The notes under the pieces are model-generated. The model searched no databases, had not been told where the DNA came from, and saw only the letters and a list, made by a program, of their open reading frames with translations. The translations under genes were made by a program, and so were the position numbers. Of a stretch of 32,000 nt of DNA, positions 30,263 through 32,000 are shown piece after piece. How positions within the stretch are numbered: position 1 is the first letter of the stretch; each line of letters opens with the position of its first letter. This DNA comes from Pyrolobus fumarii 1A (GTDB lineage Archaea; Thermoproteota; Thermoprotei_A; Sulfolobales; Pyrodictiaceae): NCBI RefSeq assembly GCF_000223395.1, contig NC_015931.1:660001-692000 (forward strand), written 5' to 3'.

Positions 30263-30919
30263 ATGAGAAGCAGCATAGAGAGGCTCTCCTGGAGTGTCGA
30301 GTGTAGGTGCATTCTCGTTGACGAGCCTTTCACAACAATAGTTGAGGAGTCTGGAGAGCGTATCCCCGTAGCCGTAGGCTCTGGTAGTATACTCTGCCCT
30401 CCCGAGTGCAAACCGCCACTGAGGCACGTCGAGCTTGCCGTTCCAGCATGGGCTAGGGGCGTGGTGATAGAGGGGGACGAGTGCCCCGCAACCGGCGACG
30501 TTAACGTTCTCGGCATGCTCTCGGACTTGACTGGTGTCACGCTGGTCGACGCGAGCGTGGATAGGGTGCTTGAGGAGGGTGGTGTGGCCGCGAAACCCTC
30601 TAGCCTCGATCTAGAGCCTCTGGGAGAGTCATGCGGTGTAGCCGAGCCTATGCTGCCGACACACCCTCTAGCAGCTCCCCTGGCTGACAACCCACGCCTA
30701 TGTGTAGACGAGGTGGTCGCGCCCGTAAGGGGCGGTAGGTGGTGGGGCGGCGCCCCGCTAGCTAGACTCGGCAGAGTGATCCTCGCCTATCGCTATGGCG
30801 TTGTGAGGGGGTGGAGGCCCGAGGCCCTACTCTTAACCGCGAGACCCTCTCGGGATGCACGCAGACTTATTCTCAGCTATGCGCTTGGAGTGTTACATGC
30901 TTGTGGACGACGGGAGTAG
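30263..30919 (+). CDS. hypothetical protein divergent from the fdhA-like gene
   Basis: ORF 30215-30919 (TTG) or 30263 (ATG, MRSSIERL). Codons are strongly G-first (gtt gat gcc ggc gag gag ...) and the composition is protein-like, in contrast to the overlapping minus-strand frame. No recognisable motif. Confidence 0.4.
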   Translation: MRSSIERLSWSVECRCILVDEPFTTIVEESGERIPVAVGSGSILCPPECKPPLRHVELAVPAWARGVVIEGDECPATGDVNVLGMLSDLTGVTLVDASVDRVLEEGGVAAKPSSLDLEPLGESCGVAEPMLPTHPLAAPLADNPRLCVDEVVAPVRGGRWWGGAPLARLGRVILAYRYGVVRGWRPEALLLTARPSRDARRLILSYALGVLHACGRRE

Positions 30920-30928
30920 CGGGGCTTG

Positions 30929-30937
30929 CTTAAAAGG
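30929..30937 (+). promoter_or_regulatory. candidate TATA box of rps24e-rps27ae
   Basis: CTTAAAAGG lies about 48-56 nt upstream of ATG 30985. Confidence 0.35.
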
Positions 30938-30984
30938 GGCGTTAGTCTAGGCGCGTTGACGGGTGGCGCATAGTCTTGCAGACC

Positions 30985-31368
30985 ATGCGCGACAAGTACT
31001 GTGAGGAGACGAGGGGTAAGAAACTCGACCTTAACCTAGGCGAGGGCTACGAGGTTGAAGTTGAGTGCGACTGGTATAACAAGCTGATTCGTAGGAGGGA
31101 GCTAGACCTGCTCATAAAACACATTGGAAAGCCTACACCCTCGCGTCTCCAGCTGCGCCAGGCCGTAGCCAACGCCCTCAACGTTGACCTCAAGCGCGTG
31201 TACGTCAGGAGTATTCAGACCGAGTACGGTTGGGGCGTGACACACGCCGAGGTGCACATCTACGACGATCCGGAGAGGGCTAGGAGTTTCGAGCCGAAGC
31301 ACATCAGGATTAGGAACGCCACGCCAGAGGAGCTAGAGGAGATGCAGAAGAGGGGCGAGCTAGAGTAA
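30985..31368 (+). CDS. rps24e: 30S ribosomal protein S24e
   Basis: NKLIRRRELDLLIKHIGKPTPSRLQLRQAVANALNVDLKRVYVRSIQTEYGWGVTHAEVHIYDD is the S24e core. Start is ATG 30985 (the ORF track uses TTG 30976). Confidence 0.9.
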   Translation: MRDKYCEETRGKKLDLNLGEGYEVEVECDWYNKLIRRRELDLLIKHIGKPTPSRLQLRQAVANALNVDLKRVYVRSIQTEYGWGVTHAEVHIYDDPERARSFEPKHIRIRNATPEELEEMQKRGELE

Positions 31369-31386
31369 GCGGTGGGGTGAGCAGTC

Positions 31387-31593
31387 GTGGCGGGGAAGGA
31401 GCTCAAGCTCTACATCCACAAGCTCTACGAGTACAGCTACGAGAAGTTCGAGAAGGGAGAGAGGCCCTTCATCAAACCAAAGAACAAGAAGTGCCCGCGT
31501 TGCGGCAGCTTCATGGCCTATCACAAGTGGCCTGTACCTAGATGGCACTGTGGCAAGTGCGGCCACACCGAGTTCATCAAGGAGAAGAAGTAA
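31387..31593 (+). CDS. rps27ae: 30S ribosomal protein S27ae
   Basis: 68 aa with the [29 protein letters not shown] zinc ribbon. GTG start preceded by GGTGGGGTGA. The S24e-S27ae pairing is conserved in archaea. Confidence 0.9.
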   Translation: MAGKELKLYIHKLYEYSYEKFEKGERPFIKPKNKKCPRCGSFMAYHKWPVPRWHCGKCGHTEFIKEKK

Positions 31594-31606
31594 GACCCTC
31601 GCCCCA

Positions 31607-32000
31607 TGGGTGCTTTTATGCTAAAGCCTTGGGAGCTAATTGGGATCAAACCTAGTGTTTACATTTCCGGCCTTTGCTATTCCATCCTTCGCCTTGAGCC
31701 TTGGAGCACTTGCAGCGTAGGCTGCGTGTACTGCTATGCTACATGGTATCGCGGCCCCCATGGTAAACCCAAGCCGCAGCCAGCTATACTCAGACTATTC
31801 ACCAAAATTGCTAAGAGACTGTCAAGATCGAAGCTGCTGCTGCCCTTCTTCCGCCTAGCGACACTCACAGAACCCCTCCAGCAGCAGGAGAGCGACATGC
31901 TACTCTCTTACCGTATACTCTCAACAGCCCTGAGACACGATGTACCCATAATCCTCAACACGAAGTTACCATCAAGACTACTCCGCGACCCTTGGCTTAG
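31607..32000 (+). CDS. radical SAM protein (SplB/COG1533-like), N-terminal part; continues beyond the right edge
   Basis: Hand translation gives MGAFMLKPWELIGIKPSVYISGLCYSILRLEPWSTCSVGCVYCYATWYRGPHG... This contains a CxxxCxxC radical-SAM cluster motif (CSVGCVYC). The frame is open to the end of the window, which is why the ORF track lacks it. The start is ATG 31607 or 31619. Confidence 0.7.

Noticed and set aside
30253-30690. N-terminal ~146 residues of the 834-aa ORF-track version of the FDH-like gene.
   Set aside because: S/T/P/G-rich with no domain, and it precedes the point where FdhA-type proteins normally begin. It overlaps a better-looking plus-strand ORF, so I treat it as read-through of an open antisense frame.
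1-32000. Looked for CRISPR-like regularly spaced repeats, rRNA/tRNA genes, transposase/integrase genes and toxin-antitoxin pairs.
   Set aside because: None seen by eye. The only exact DNA repeats found are the short ones listed above (10-nt tandem at 22905, 15-nt repeat with a 21-nt period at 23967, 7-10-nt motifs in spacers).

Overview
Dense, two-stranded archaeal chromosomal segment with a crenarchaeote / hyperthermophile flavour: TFB, aSUI1, RpoP, L40e, S24e, S27ae, LysW and a four-subunit 2-oxoacid:ferredoxin oxidoreductase. G+C is about 55-60% by eye. Left to right: porGDAB operon (minus strand, porB runs off the left edge); sufS-like cysteine desulfurase; a DUF998-like membrane protein plus metallophosphoesterase pair; an ASCH-like protein; tfb; a divergent sui1 / rpoP pair. 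Next is a 10-kb minus-strand block: livK-livH-livM-livG, a 300-nt spacer, livF, two unknown genes, an orphan metal-type ABC ATPase, an unknown gene, and a small Zn-finger gene coupled to agmatinase speB. Then come a solitary hypD, a split lipoate-protein ligase (lplA + lplB), a roughly 1.5-kb low-G+C islet with an HTH gene and a G-poor AT-rich spacer, and rpl40e. These are followed by a membrane-anchored winged-HTH regulator with a secreted His-tailed coiled-coil glycoprotein, lysW-lysX, a small helical protein, an SIS protein, a HAD hydrolase and a leuD-type small subunit. The window ends with a Cys-type formate-dehydrogenase-like molybdoenzyme, a divergent unknown gene, rps24e-rps27ae and the start of a radical-SAM gene. 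I saw no rRNA, tRNA, CRISPR array, transposase or integrase. Three items are missing from the ORF track: two C/D box sRNAs with symmetric 12-nt guides (13471-13525 plus, with its own TATA box and antisense to the livM 3' end; 9227-9284 minus), and lysW (57 aa, below the ORF cut-off). The most unusual protein-level observations are an apparently circularly permuted LivK-type binding protein and the transmembrane wHTH / extracellular His-tailed coiled-coil gene pair. All calls come from reading the sequence and remembered family motifs; no database search was possible, and many start codons (often GTG/TTG) are uncertain.
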